Of a stretch of DNA of 64,000 nt, positions 26,530 to 40,200 are shown piece by piece. Source of the stretch: Lytechinus pictus (Eukaryota). The DNA lies in NCBI RefSeq assembly GCF_037042905.1, contig NC_087258.1, positions 558,001 through 622,000 of the forward strand. The letters are read 5' to 3'. Position 1 is the first letter of the stretch. Every line of letters starts with the position of its first letter. The position numbers were made by a program, and so were the translations under genes. The notes below the pieces were generated by a model. It was not told the DNA's origin and made no database searches. It saw nothing but the letters and a program-made list of their open reading frames with translations.

Positions 26530-27360
26530 GGAAAGCTTTCCAATCTGGGTGCCCTTGGTTCGAGAGGAACACAATACAAGGACACTTAAAACAAGTAGAA
26601 TCTGTATTGAACCTAGAAGCAAAACTGATCGCTACAGGAACAGCCCAGTCTCCTTCTTTACAAGACTTTTAAATTCCCATGTACTGTGAAGAACTATCTT
26701 TTTATATCTTTGTTTATTTTATTTGTCGCTTCTCTTGAACTGTAACTGACTCATATAAGTATTCTTGTAATTGTTAATTTCTGCAGAAATCACTGAACTT
26801 TCTTCTTCCAGACGTTTTTGGCTCATATGCTATAACCCACGTTACTCTTACCTTTTCTTTTGTAAAGGTGATATTACTTCAATGACATTTTTTTTGGTAT
26901 TTGATTCCATTTAAGTAATTCTTTATAATTATTATCCGTGGTTCCGTTTTTGCAACTATTATTACCATTAACACAATGTTTCTTTAGAATAGATATCATG
27001 ATCAAGCATACCGAGAACGATCCCAAACTAAATCGCTGTTACGATCCCAACCTAAATTATTATTTTGTACGGGATACATGTTTCCCATTTTTATTTTAAA
27101 TGTTCATTATCTTAAAAATGCTTTATATAACTTTAGTCTACTCCTTATCTTTTCTCATTCTTATTTCTAACATTAAACTTCTTCCTTTGTATACATTCTC
27201 TCTGTATCCCCTTCCCTATATTATACATTGATATACGTTGTTGTTTTACTGTTTTGGTTATATGTTTGTATACAGAAATTTTACTCTGTACAAAGTCATG
27301 TAATTCAGCCTTTGGCTGCTAATTGAATTTTATCATAATAAATACCATTTATCTATCTAT
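26530..27360 (+). mobile_element. 3' fragment of a non-LTR retrotransposon (L2/CR1-group-like)
   Basis: HNTRTL...PRSKTDRYRNSPVSFFTRLLN resembles LINE ORF2 C-termini; T-rich 3'UTR ends in a CAGCC-TTT-GGCTG hairpin, AATAAA and TCTA repeats. Confidence 0.5.
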
Positions 27361-30300
27361 AAAAGGAATGCTTTGCCTTTTAGTTGCAAACAAGTTTAAT
27401 CAGTTCAATATGCATGCAACTGTCTAACGATATTGTAATTGCATATTAAATAATATCATGTTTTACCATATATAGGGTTCTCTTTTTATCCTCATACGCG
27501 TTTATTGTTTGAAAGGTCTAGTGCCCCCAGCCCCCAATAATTTACCCCAGTGATATGTAAGATACAAAGGATATTTCTAGTCCACCATAATTACAACCCA
27601 TCGGAAGGGGAGTGTCCACACTTATTATGGGGGGGGGGGGGGCTGCCCAAAGACTCGCTGATCGAGTGAATCGGATATTTTGAAGTCCTACTTTCGGTCA
27701 GGGAAAGTCGGAGAGTTTGAAAATGGAATAGGAAGTTGTGTTAAACAGGAATAAATCAACGTAATTCCACTAAAATAATTCAGTCTAATTATGTGTGTGA
27801 GAAATGTTTTATTTTTTTTGTCAAGCATTATATATCAAGACACAAGTACACAATTCACAGTATACAATCAACTCATGCATAAGACGATTTTTCCATGTTT
27901 CACGCGAACTTAATAACGACGCACGAACGTAAGATTTTGTTTTAGGAAAACAAAATGATTTGATTACTTTACAATTTCTTCAGTTCATGAATTTATTTTT
28001 TTACCGCGATCAGTGCAAGAAAAAGAAAATGGAACCAAATGCTTAAAAATATACCAAATCCTTAACCATATAAACATGAAAAGCACTCTTGCGGACCCAC
28101 GTTTAATTAGTCAATCAAGAATCAATAATTTTTCAGATGAAAATTCTGAATAAAGTACACCATAAAGCATTTAGTACATGTAAATCTCACAGCACATGTT
28201 GACACATTAGGTGAGTGAACAAGAATTATAATAAAAATATCACAAAATTGGAATGGGAAAATCAGCTGTTTAAACGCTGAGGGAACACATTTACATCCTA
28301 ACATCTCAGACACATAAATAAAGTTAATTAAAAGATAGGATAAAAATACATACTACGAGCATTCATATCACCATATCCTTATCGCTCTTTCATGAAAAGA
28401 AATGAAATTACTATACTGAATGTATTTGATTTATGCAGATAACAATTTAAACATGAGCCAAATTCCATATGAGATGATACAATTTTCATTTCATTTTCTT
28501 TATCTCGTTCTTCCCCTTTTTATTATTCTTCTTCTCCTTCTTCCACTTCTTCAGGCTATTTCTTCTTCTTCTTCTTCTTTTTTCCTCTCCTTCTTCATCT
28601 TCTTCTTCTAATACAAATAATAATTATTATTAATGTAATTATTATTTGTATCATTACTATCATTATCATAATCATCGTCATCATTGTTTTTATTATTATG
28701 ATTAATGTTAACGTCATTATTTATAATAATTATCATCAAAATTGTTATCATTCATTCATACATTCAAGTGAATATTGTCTACACACACGTATATCTAATA
28801 TAGATCTGATAAATAAACAAATGAATGATTTTTTTAAGAAGTACTTCTGTCAAGCTATGAGCTGTACTATCTTTCCCTGAGATTAAAAATCTATTCATAA
28901 CTTTTGTCACATATCAACTCTCATCTCGTTCATCAAGTTCTATTAACATGTCAACGTAGAGGCGTCGATCCTGGGGGGGGGGGGGGGACAAGGGGGGCGA
29001 TCGCCCCACCAATGAAAATGAAAAATTATTTGGGTGGCAAGCATATCGTTAAGCCCCCCCCCCCCTCCGATTAAATCCGGAACTGCACAAAGGAAATAAA
29101 ATTGTAATTTTACACAGAAATCAGCAAATTAACAAAACACAAAATAAAATTTTGTTTTTACATCTATACTACATTACAAAATCATGATTTCTCCGCGCGG
29201 GAAACGATTCCATCTATCCTTGCAACTTTTGTTAAGGTAGGCCCTACATTTACGCAGGAATCTTATCAAATAGGCATAGAATTATTTTCTTCCAATAATA
29301 AACAAGAAAATGGCAAACCCCGTTTTCCATAGGTGGATCAAGGTTAGTTAAGTATATCTCTAAATTAATTCTAACAAAAAACTTAAAAAAAAAAACAGTT
29401 GATCAAAAATTTCGGCTCGAGATTTGCGCTCGCATCGATTGTTCAAAATACAATTAATCCATGCCTCCTATTCATAGTTATAAAGGTGCTTAAAATGTCC
29501 AGTTTTCAGGCCTTAATAGCAACAAATTTCACGCTCTCATTAGGCTTATAAGATTAATAAATAAGATAATAATATATCTACGAATTCATAATAATCAAAT
29601 TGTCTCAGATTGTTCAGATTGGAAAATCGAAAAGTTTCATCTCGAGCTTAGGAAGAGGAATAGGAAGATAGTCATCATTTTCATTTATGATGACATTATG
29701 TCTTTGAAATATCCCGGTCCTAAATCAAAATAACACTTATAATATATCAGTTCGCGCCTTGCGCTCGCACCATTTGTTCATTGCAATCCATATCCACTTC
29801 ACACTTGAAATAGTGCATAAATTGACCCTTCTTCAGATCGGAATACCTTTTTTTTTCAGCTCGCGCTTCGCGCTCGCATTAACTACTTTCATAAAAAAGA
29901 TGTATTTAGAATGCCCAAAATCCAGGTCGCATTATTAATGTAGGAAGATACCCAATTACCCGTTCTATTCATGATTTCCAAAACATTAATAGAGTGTCCA
30001 TTTTTTAGGTCTGTTAATTTTTTTCTCGCTCGCGCTTTGTGCTTGCATCGATTGTTTAGTGATATACTTATCTTGTTTATGATTACAAAAAGTGCAAATA
30101 CAAATACATTGTGAGATTTTACAAACACATGTGTGATTTTAAGGGTGTGTGTGTGTGTGAGTTTGTCTGTTTTGTGCAATCGAGCGCCTTTGCAATGTTG
30201 ATTTATGACTCATGATTTTGCCCCCCCCCCTCCTATGAAAAATGGTGTGTCCATGGAAACACAGTACATGATTATGGAAGCGTACTATATGTACATGAAT

Positions 30301-30927
30301 GTGGTAGCGGGGAATCCTATGAAGGAGTTGAATCAATAACCATCTAGCCAGTCTCCATTCTTTCAACATTCATTGGTGATCTTCCAGTTAATGCAAGGCA
30401 GTTCAGGATCGGAGGTCCCCCACGTTCTCTGATAAGAAAGGCACAAGTTACTCCTACAAACCCACTTACGAACCAGACTGAATAAAAGTACGGAGACCTC
30501 TGGCACGACCCGTCGTGCCAGAGGTCTCCGTACGCGTTCCAATATTGAAACAACGCTCTCTGACATGAGCGCAGTCTCCAATTTTTTCTTGCGACTCCCC
30601 AAGGTCTGAGGACCGCATCATTCTTTGGAGATGTCTCGGATACATCGATGAAACGTCTCAGAAACTAGCAAATCTAGAGTAGCAAATTGATTACGAACCA
30701 ATGCAAGACCACGCCCGTCAAATTGTGCCTTTCCCGGCCGCCTGTACACCGATATTAGTCACTGCCCCTGTCAGTTTCTCCCGAGACTACATATGCAATA
30801 ATAATAAGGACTACTAATTTCAAATCAATAGGCCTACTCTACTTCTCGTGCATACGTTTTTGCATTGCTCAACATATGAAATATTTTGAATACGAAACCC
30901 TGTCATAATCGTTTAACCTCAGAAAAT

Positions 30928-31248
30928 TCAGTCTGAAACCATGTCATATGTGGCATTATCAATGCCCAACTCAACATGGGCCGGATATGACTGCATCATG
31001 CCTTCGTTCTGTGATGACGTCATCATCGCCGACGGCGGTGGTGGAAATCGTGTATCATCAAATACTGTATCTTCGTCGTCGGAGTAGTCATCGTACTCGT
31101 CATCGACGTCGTGTACCTGACCTTCAATGGTCGTTCTGTCCTCCATCTCCATGTCAGGATGGTGGTCGTGTTCGTTGTCGGAGGCAGTCCAGGCACCAGG
31201 GAAGAAACCAAAATTATGGGACTTGTACGTTTGCCATGGTGAAAATCC
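30928..31248 (-). CDS. Gene C terminal exon: acidic cytoplasmic tail
   Basis: ctgcag acceptor, in frame with ORF 30928-31152; DDEYDDYSDDED, PPPP, GIDNATYDMVSD-stop. Confidence 0.8.
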   Translation of the reverse strand, partial: GFSPWQTYKSHNFGFFPGAWTASDNEHDHHPDMEMEDRTTIEGQVHDVDDEYDDYSDDEDTVFDDTRFPPPPSAMMTSSQNEGMMQSYPAHVELGIDNATYDMVSD

Positions 31249-34200
31249 CTGCAGATTTCATATTGAAAAAGATCAGTGAGTGTGAACGTATCTTTGTCAT
31301 CCATGTATTTTGTATGTAAGCATCACAAAATGAAGCAATTACATCAAATCAGTAATTCAAAGAAAGCTTTCGAAAGAAGGATGGCAGGAAAATTGAATCA
31401 CTACAAACTATATACTTGGTATTTTCGTCACCTCTCAGAGTGACTACTGTGACGCATTTTTTTGTTTTCAATAATATAATGCACTGTGAAGGAATACCAC
31501 AATCATTTTCCTGAGCCTGTATACAATTGTATTTCTTTTATTACGAAACGACCTCAAAATTTTCGGTGAAGAGCTTTTTTTTCGGAAATTACTTCTGAGA
31601 GGAGAAATTCAAATACAAACATTAATTGTTTGCATTTTTATTTTTGTAAAATGCATGCATTAGATTAAATCTAATTTAATGAAAATGACAAATTCATTTC
31701 CAACTGCACATTTGCATTATCAAATCTATCCCAAAATACCTACCTCTTCAGCAACTACTCCATCACTTATCGAAACCGGGTTACCATTGACCGATACGAC
31801 AAGCTTATCATTGGTTCGACATGATCTCAAGATGCGTTCACCGCAGCATACGAGAAGGATGACGACGAGGAGAAGAAATGCAACCGCTCCAATCATACTG
31901 TATGCAACAATCTGCCATTTATTTTCTACGGTAATGAAATTAATTGAGAGTTAGTTTTGCTTTAAATGATGCACAAATGACGATAAGCGTAGAATTCAAA
32001 TTTGTAGCACAGTCTATATGACGTCAGCTCATATGGATGAAACCCTCCTCATTATCATATTAAAACCTTTTAGTACCTTTAAAACATCAATCATGATATA
32101 CATTATTTAAGTTTTTGTCAACTGGTTTATGTTCTATCGAAGTAATAGATATTTAATAAAATAATAATGAATTTATTTATTCATTAGGTTAGTCAAGTAT
32201 TCAAAGGCAGCATACAAACGACTTTATCTAGTTAAAAATAAAATTATTTTCCCTTGTGACTTGATTATGCTTGTACGTTTAGTTATTTTACATGTAACAA
32301 TGTTTTTTTTATTTCTATTTCTATGATTTTCTGCAAATTATTTTTTATGGTTTTCAATGCGGTATAAGTGAAATGAAATTAAAAAATTACATGAATCGCT
32401 TCTAAAAAACTTTAAAAAATCGTTTTACCTGGTTCTTTAGGAGTAACCTCTGTTGGCTGTGTTGAAATTGGTATAATAGTTGTGAGCGCACTGATTTCTA
32501 AGAGGAAGAGAAACAATGCAAGATCGAATCAGATTTAATTGAATAATGATAAACGGATTTAATCAGTATAATCATTAAAACAATCTATTTTCATAATTAT
32601 GTAGTTAATACTAATACCTATTGGAGCGACAAATCACATTTTATCTTGCAAAATTATTATCGCATCCCCCATTGCGAATGCTTTGGCCACATAGTTCTCG
32701 TTTCTATTCTAGTTTTCGTTTCCTTTGTCACGTTAAAATAAATGAAATAAAAACAAACCAAAAAATATGTTTCAAATTTAATGTGTGATGTAATACTTTT
32801 TAGTATTTAATTTGCTTATAATTTTTACTATCATTTTTTTATATTTTTACAGTGTAAATGTACATTTCTTAAATACAATTCAAATAAGGGATTCAACGGG
32901 ATGAATTCAGTGTAAAGCATTAACTATTGATGTAGTCCCACAAAATTGTTTTATTGTTTTTATACCAATCCTTACCTGTAATGGAAATAGTGTTTTTATC
33001 GATGGTAAATTCGGTACCATTGGCTTCCAGACTCCCATTACCATTCTCAAGTGTGGTCAGTGTAATATTCAAAAGAGTGGCTTCTGTGACGTCAGATGAT
33101 GGTAAAAACTCAGTGTAGAACCACGCGATAATACTTCCAGATGTGAAGTTGTGCACATTGCATCCTGTGTATCCAGACAGATCTCCATAAACACCAAGAG
33201 CCTGAACATTGATTTCGTGGTCATTTAAAAAGAAATAAATTGATCGCAAACGTAACCGTTCATGTTACCATTTGAAGAGGGAAGTCCCCTCTCTGGAAAC
33301 CCAGATTTTCCTATTTTGGAAAAAGTTTTGATACAGAAAGTTTATTTTATTTAACATTGATACAATTTTGGGTTTATAATCACGAAGGCCACTTGAAAGA
33401 AAGTGTATCTGGATACGTGCTCTAGCTGGACAGCCTATATGTAGCAGAAATGCTGAATATATAGAGTAACATAATTTATGATCATTCTAATGGACATATA
33501 CTTCGAAACAAAAATGTTACGTTCTGAGTGTGAGAAAGGACACGTGGCTTGACTAGTGATGCTGATACTATTCATGGGTGTTGTAGTTGCGTAAAAATTT
33601 AAATTTAAAAAACAAATGTTTAGTTTCTGTTCAGGTTTTGTAACAACTTTGCCAAGTCAAATGCGTGTAAATTTTAACACGTATAGGTGACCTCGAAGGA
33701 CAATCTGGCTCTTATTCTTAAATAAATTGAATACTTAGAGTCATCCACCGTATTCACGGTGCTGACCCGTCACTTGTGGCGAACACTTTTCCTCGCCCAG
33801 GGTCATTGTGAAGAGCGCCATCTAACGAAATATGATTGTGCAGGCCTATCCAAAAGGAAATTAATTCATGTCATTCGAGTTTAAATATTACTTGCATTCT
33901 AATTCATTCAACTTCTTTCCACTAGAGCATACAATAACACTAACCTAATAATCATAATTCATTTTACAGTTTATACATGTATACATTAATCAAACACAAA
34001 CTAACACTTCTTCTTTAAAGGTTGTGATATCTACAAGATGACGTCTCGCCAAGAATTATTTTTTGAAAAGTTGATAATATTGTTGTCACTTGTATTCTCC
34101 GTCTAATGCCTCACTTTTCTCTACTTTGGGTATTCATGGTCAAGTGAACGTTTACTCGTCAAAATGCAGACCTCAACGATTTAAGCAAATAATAAAACAA

Positions 34201-37200
34201 ATATATACTTACCAAGTTACAAATTTGAGCTTCAAGTTGCTGATACAGGGAGCTTTGAGGATCTGTCAGTTCATCAGTGAAGTTGACCTCGTTGCCATCA
34301 ATTTCAAGAATCTCATAAACCATGAGGAAAGATAGCGAACCTGAGAAAGGAATAATATTGTTTGCGAAGACATAAAGATAAGAATATCGAGAATTTATTT
34401 GATCTTATGAATCAGAGATGTTAATAATAATAACAATAATAATAGGCATTTATATAGCGCCATCTATCTAGAAATATCATATTCCGAGGCGCACAAGAAA
34501 AGAAAGAATGAGAAAGTTTGGATGAGTGTCAAAGTGCCAATAACTATTAGTGTTGTAAAATACAAGACTTTAGTTTAGATTTGAAGGTGTCCAGTGATGG
34601 TATGATTCTTAACTTTAACGGCAAATTATTCCAGAGAGAAGGTGCTGAGGCAGAGAAAGCTCGAGCACCATATGCTACACGTTCACATGGAACTCGGATG
34701 AGACGGACCAAAATAATTCCCTTCTTAATCAAAACAATGCGCCTTCGTTTTTTTTTATTGCAAAGAGTATTAACAATTTCATTTATATAATAGTTTATAA
34801 TAGGAGTCCTTTATTGCGTGTAACCTACTTAAACTTGTTGTCTTGTATATACATGGATTTTGCAATTATTTTTGTTTGAAGTTAAAAAAAATAATTCTAA
34901 AATGAACTGAAAGTAAGCTCAACATACCAGGAATAGAAGTAGCTGCAGAAGCTATTTCGGATTGGGTTGTTCTCTTTGATGGTTCAGTTTTCTTGGACTC
35001 GGTAGATTTGATTGTCGTAATTTTCCCAGGAATCGTGGTCTTTCGAGATGTTGTTAAAGTACTTTGCGTGGATGTGACTTGCGCTTTATCTGTTGTAGCA
35101 GCTGACCCAGAAACTGTAGGTTGAAGTAATACCATAATTTAACTCTTATTATATATTTCAAGGTCTCGTATGTTATAGCAGAATTTGATACCTAATTGCA
35201 ATATCTAAATGGGCAAAAACGGTGCAGATAAATCTAATATCTGCCCTCGAAGTTACATCAAGGCAATATGCAGAGTCAATTACGTGATTAACAATTAGCA
35301 TTACTGTTTTATTATGTTTGTTGATAGATTTTTAAGTTATGAGGACCTGTCCGTATATTCATCGAAAAAAGAAAAGGAAACATGATTGCAGATTACAAAG
35401 CACCTTAATGTATGGGATTACTTTTTCACTTATATACATGTATATATGACTGACTATGTAAACAATTTCATGGATTAATGCATGTACAATAAAACAATAG
35501 CATAGATATATCCAGAGTGAGTAGTCGAAGCGTGGAATCACTAAATGTTGGAGTAAAAATAAGAAGAAAGACAATAGCCTACCAGTAGCAGTAATAGCAG
35601 TGGTCGATGGACCAGAAGAGTATTGTTTAGTAGTCTTTGGCGATTCAGTTTCCTTGGGTTCTGTCGGTTTCGCGGTCGTGACTTTCTCATGAACCGTTGT
35701 GTCGTAAGATGTCAAGCCATTCCTTGATGTACTCTCCATGAGACGTGATGTTTCGATTATTTCTGTAAGAGGTGTAGATGTTTCAATGGTTGTACCTGGT
35801 AGATATGTAGAAGTTGAAATAATGGAATCTTGCTCAGTTGTCGTGGAAACAGTTGACGTTGATGTCATATCAGTGTCGGTGACCATTTCAGAAACTGGTA
35901 AGTCTGTACTATGAGTTTCTTCAGTATATACCCTTGCTGTAGATGTGTCTGGGATATTAGTCCCTTCTCCGTCAGAAGTTCTTAAGTCCCCATTAGTTAT
36001 TTCAGTAGAGGTCGGGGAATACGTGGTCATGTTTTCCGTAAAGTCTAATATGGTATATGCCGTACTACCTGTTCCTTCTGATGTTCTCAGGTATGTGGTC
36101 TGAAACCCGTCATCTGTGGTAGATATAAAAGTAGTCACCATATCCACAGGTGGTGTAGTAAGCATATTCGTAGATGATTCTGAAGCAGCTCCTGGTGATC
36201 CTGTCAACTTTGGTGTCGTATAATCAAAAGTTACTAACTCAGTTGTGAAGAAATGCTCAGTGATGGGGATAAGACTGTTGGACGAGGAAACACCTATTTC
36301 ATCAGTTACTGTTCCTGTGGCGCTGGATTGCGAATCAGTAGTACCACCCGGAGATGATGAAGGTGTTATCGCATTAGTCGTATTTTCGTCTGTGGTAATA
36401 TACTCATAATCTGTTTCTAGAGTGGTTTGTAGCGAGTTTTGAAGCTCTGTTGTCCCATCACCATGTGTTGTACTCTGGGGGGTTGTTCTTGTTTCAGATT
36501 GCATTGCAGCACTTCCTGAAAACATCTCTTGCGTGGTATCATATATTTCAGTAGTATAAAAAGTATTGGAAATGAATTGATTAGTAGGTTGCGTATTGTC
36601 CACGACAGTTGTTGGGACAGTCTCAGTCATGACTGTATTTGGTATATATGTTGCCGGGATTAAATCTGTTGAATTATTGCCAGTGGTTACAACGTTATTT
36701 GTTGTGGGGTTCTCTGTGTCCGGCCTTTCTGACTTCAGGTCAGTAACAATTTCTGTCATATCTGGATAATCCGTTACAGATGTAAATGACGTTTTCCACT
36801 CTGTACTTGGCAGTACTGTGCTTATTGTGACACCGTCAGTTTTAGCTTCAAGGTATTGAGTTGCTTCAGAGATCAGTGTAGTAAATGCGATCTCCAAAGT
36901 AGGCAATTCCGTTGTTGAATGCGTTTCATCCGGTGATGTTGTTGGCCCATGTGATGATAGTTCGGCTGTTGTTGATTCGATCTCTGTTTCACCAGACATA
37001 TTAGTACGCAGAGTAGATTGGACAATAGTGCCATCAAGATATGATGTACTTTCGGGAAGCAATGTGGTGATCTCGGAAGTAGTTGCTTCACTTGACGGCT
37101 CATCTACATCAGTTGTGTGATTGTATAATGGTAGATCCGGCGTGGTTAGATGACGCTCGGTCGTGCTGAGAAAATCGGTACTCGCTGTAGGAGATCCTGT

Positions 37201-40200
37201 GGTGCCATACAAATATTCCGTGGAGTCGGGAACCCAAGTTGTCATGGGGGCTTCGGAAGTAAAAGCCGTTGGGTGATTTATTTCATTAGTTGTAGAACTG
37301 CGTAACGGTAGATCGGTAGTATTTTTATATAAGTCTGTCACTTCAGCCAAGTCGGTGCTCATAAATGGGGATCCACTTGTTGAATGCGTAGAGAAGTGTG
37401 AAACATGTTCATCTTTTAATGTAGAAAGGATATTTGTCCTTAAAGATGATGAGGCTGTCGTTTGCGTAATTTCTGATGTAGAACCGGATCCATGTGTTGT
37501 TGTGAAACTGTTTGTTGGCCTGGTAGGTGTAGGAGACGAAGTAGATGTCTCATTGGTTGGAGTGTCCGTTGTGTAACCTGGAAGGGAACATACAGATCGT
37601 ATCAGGCTAACTGTACTAGTTACACATTATGTGTCTTGCAACCCGAAAACCAAATCAAGGACGTTTTACCATGTTTACAGTTAAAATGAAATCCATGTCA
37701 TTTTCACCAAATTTTACATAAAGTTACTTTAGAACCCAAATATTCCCAAAATGCAAAAAAAAAAAAATAATGATAATAAAATATGATACTAACAACATGG
37801 GTTCATGTGCTTGATATTTTGCTATCGTGCTCCGAATTTCACCGAATTGACAATTGTCGAGAATTACGCACTCAAAATAACTGGGCAGTTTTAGACCTCA
37901 CATGCTCACAACGCAGAGTTTAAACCTTAATTACTCTCTGGAAATCAACGTAAATGTCATCAAATTTTACACTTTAGTTCAAGATTGTATACAAAAGACG
38001 GCGAATTAATTTATGTTGATATTCATTTGCTCCTTTAAGGTGATTGAATGCAAAAAAATTTAGTAAAAGCTTTAGAGAATAAGGGGGGAAACACACTTTG
38101 ACATTCGGAGTTCACTCGAGCATGAGATCTGCACACTGTGCAATCTCAGATAAACTTCCAATAGTCCGCAAAAATGGTGTCAAAGTCAAACTCTCGTATG
38201 TCTTGCCCTTTTTCAGCTTTTAAACTTAACAATCTTACAGTAGATATAGATAAGAATTAGTCTTTAAGATAAGCTAATTTTTTATTATTATTTTTTACTT
38301 TTTTGCCTATTTAAAGTGACTTATTTTTGGTTTTGGGGTGGCTAGTCACAAATATAAACCGTTGTCAAGCAAATGTGTAGAATAGCTCCAATTTCCTACA
38401 GGTTTTGGACCCCAAAAAGGGTCATAGTAGGTTCTTAATCTAGTAGAGCGAATATCATTATGACAGGTTATTATACACGATTAGAGTGACTATCATGATA
38501 TCCATGTGGTGTCATAACAGAGCAAGGGGTCTAATCTGAAGACTACTTTTGCCCAAAAGACAATGTTACGTTCATGACTCACCTGTACAGTAAGGTTCTA
38601 GTGAGGGTTCCCAAACTCCATTGATACATGTTGCCTGATCGGGGCCAACAAGAGTCCCGTCTACGTACCCTTCCGCACATTCGTATACGACAATGTCATT
38701 GTGATCGTAGGATTCTTGGGTCGAAGAGTATGACTCACCTATCGGATATTGAATCGTGTTCGAGGGGAGACTGAGGGCTGTACATCCATCTGATATGAAT
38801 TGATTACGAAATATTAAGAAAAAAAAAATGAGTCAGAGGGATCCATCGAAAAAGAAAGAGAGATTGGGGAGCGGGAGGATGAGAGTAAAGATTATCAGGC
38901 AAGAATAACAAGTCTGAACTTCATTAGATGAAAAGCATCCTCTAAATAATTCTTATTAAAAGAAAATCATGACTGATTCATGTTAACAGCCATCAAAGTT
39001 AAAACCAGTGATAAATCTTTTACTACTTTTCACAAACCCATTTGGGCACGGGGGAGTGGTACATGTATGCAATTGCCTCTCAAATAGTGCCGAAATCTCA
39101 TGACGCTATCTTCGTACACGGCTTTTTATGTTTCCCTGGATCTAAAAGAACCGGGTTCCAATTGCCTTTATATGAATAGGAATAACGTTACCATTTCTAA
39201 TATAAATTATTATCAATTTTTTAACCAAAACTCAGTAAAGTTTAAATGTTAACTGTAAGAGTATTAATGGTGTCATATTATCGACGAAACCGACACCGAT
39301 ATGACCAATGAAAATTGGTCCGTTGTGTCGGTATGACAGTAACATAAAATGTTATCTTACCGTAGCAAAAGAAGGAAGATGGATCGGGGTCCCATCCTTT
39401 TTGAGGATAGCAATAGCTGTAGTCGGACCCGCTAGGAGAATACATCTCATCACATGTGAGTTGAATATAGGACCAGTCACTGTACGTATTCTGTTCAGGT
39501 GACACAATGACACGGGTCTCATCTGACAAAATGGGGGCTTCACATTCTAGAAGAAATGTAAAATTATTAAAGGATAGTGCAAAAAAATATTTTTGTTCTG
39601 AAAGTCTAAATCGATAACGCAGAAAACAGCCCCTAGAAAAAAATAAACGTTTAGGCATATAGTCCCCCCCCCCCTCCGGCACAGTAGCATGTAGGCCTAT
39701 TAGTAAGTTTTTTTTTTATCTCAAGATGAATATCTCCCAAGCTACAACCGAAATTAATGATAGGACTTTTCTTTCATTTTTCTTAAACGTTTCTATATAA
39801 TAAAAGAATATCTAAAATATCTTTGTTATTGCTCCAATAGTTAGTTATGTTCCTTTTAAATTGACAAAAATGTTATTCCTAAAGTTAAATTCCATACTTT
39901 GTTTTCTCTCGATTATCTAGGCATTACAATTATAAATCAAGAACGTATCATGTGCCCTCAATCTAGTAAGATGTCTCTTTACAACATGTTCAATTCCAGG
40001 AGATTGTTTGCAGATTATACCAGCGAAATGCCCCAAAATACCGTATTATGAAAAAATAAGTGTTTAAACACGCTGAACTACTCATCAAAATTTTATTAAA
40101 CACTAATATATTTTAGATGACGAAGTTGAAGCTCGTGAGGAATTGTCAATCCCTTTTCATTTCATCGATCCCAGATATGTGAATAACATTTTAGCATGTG

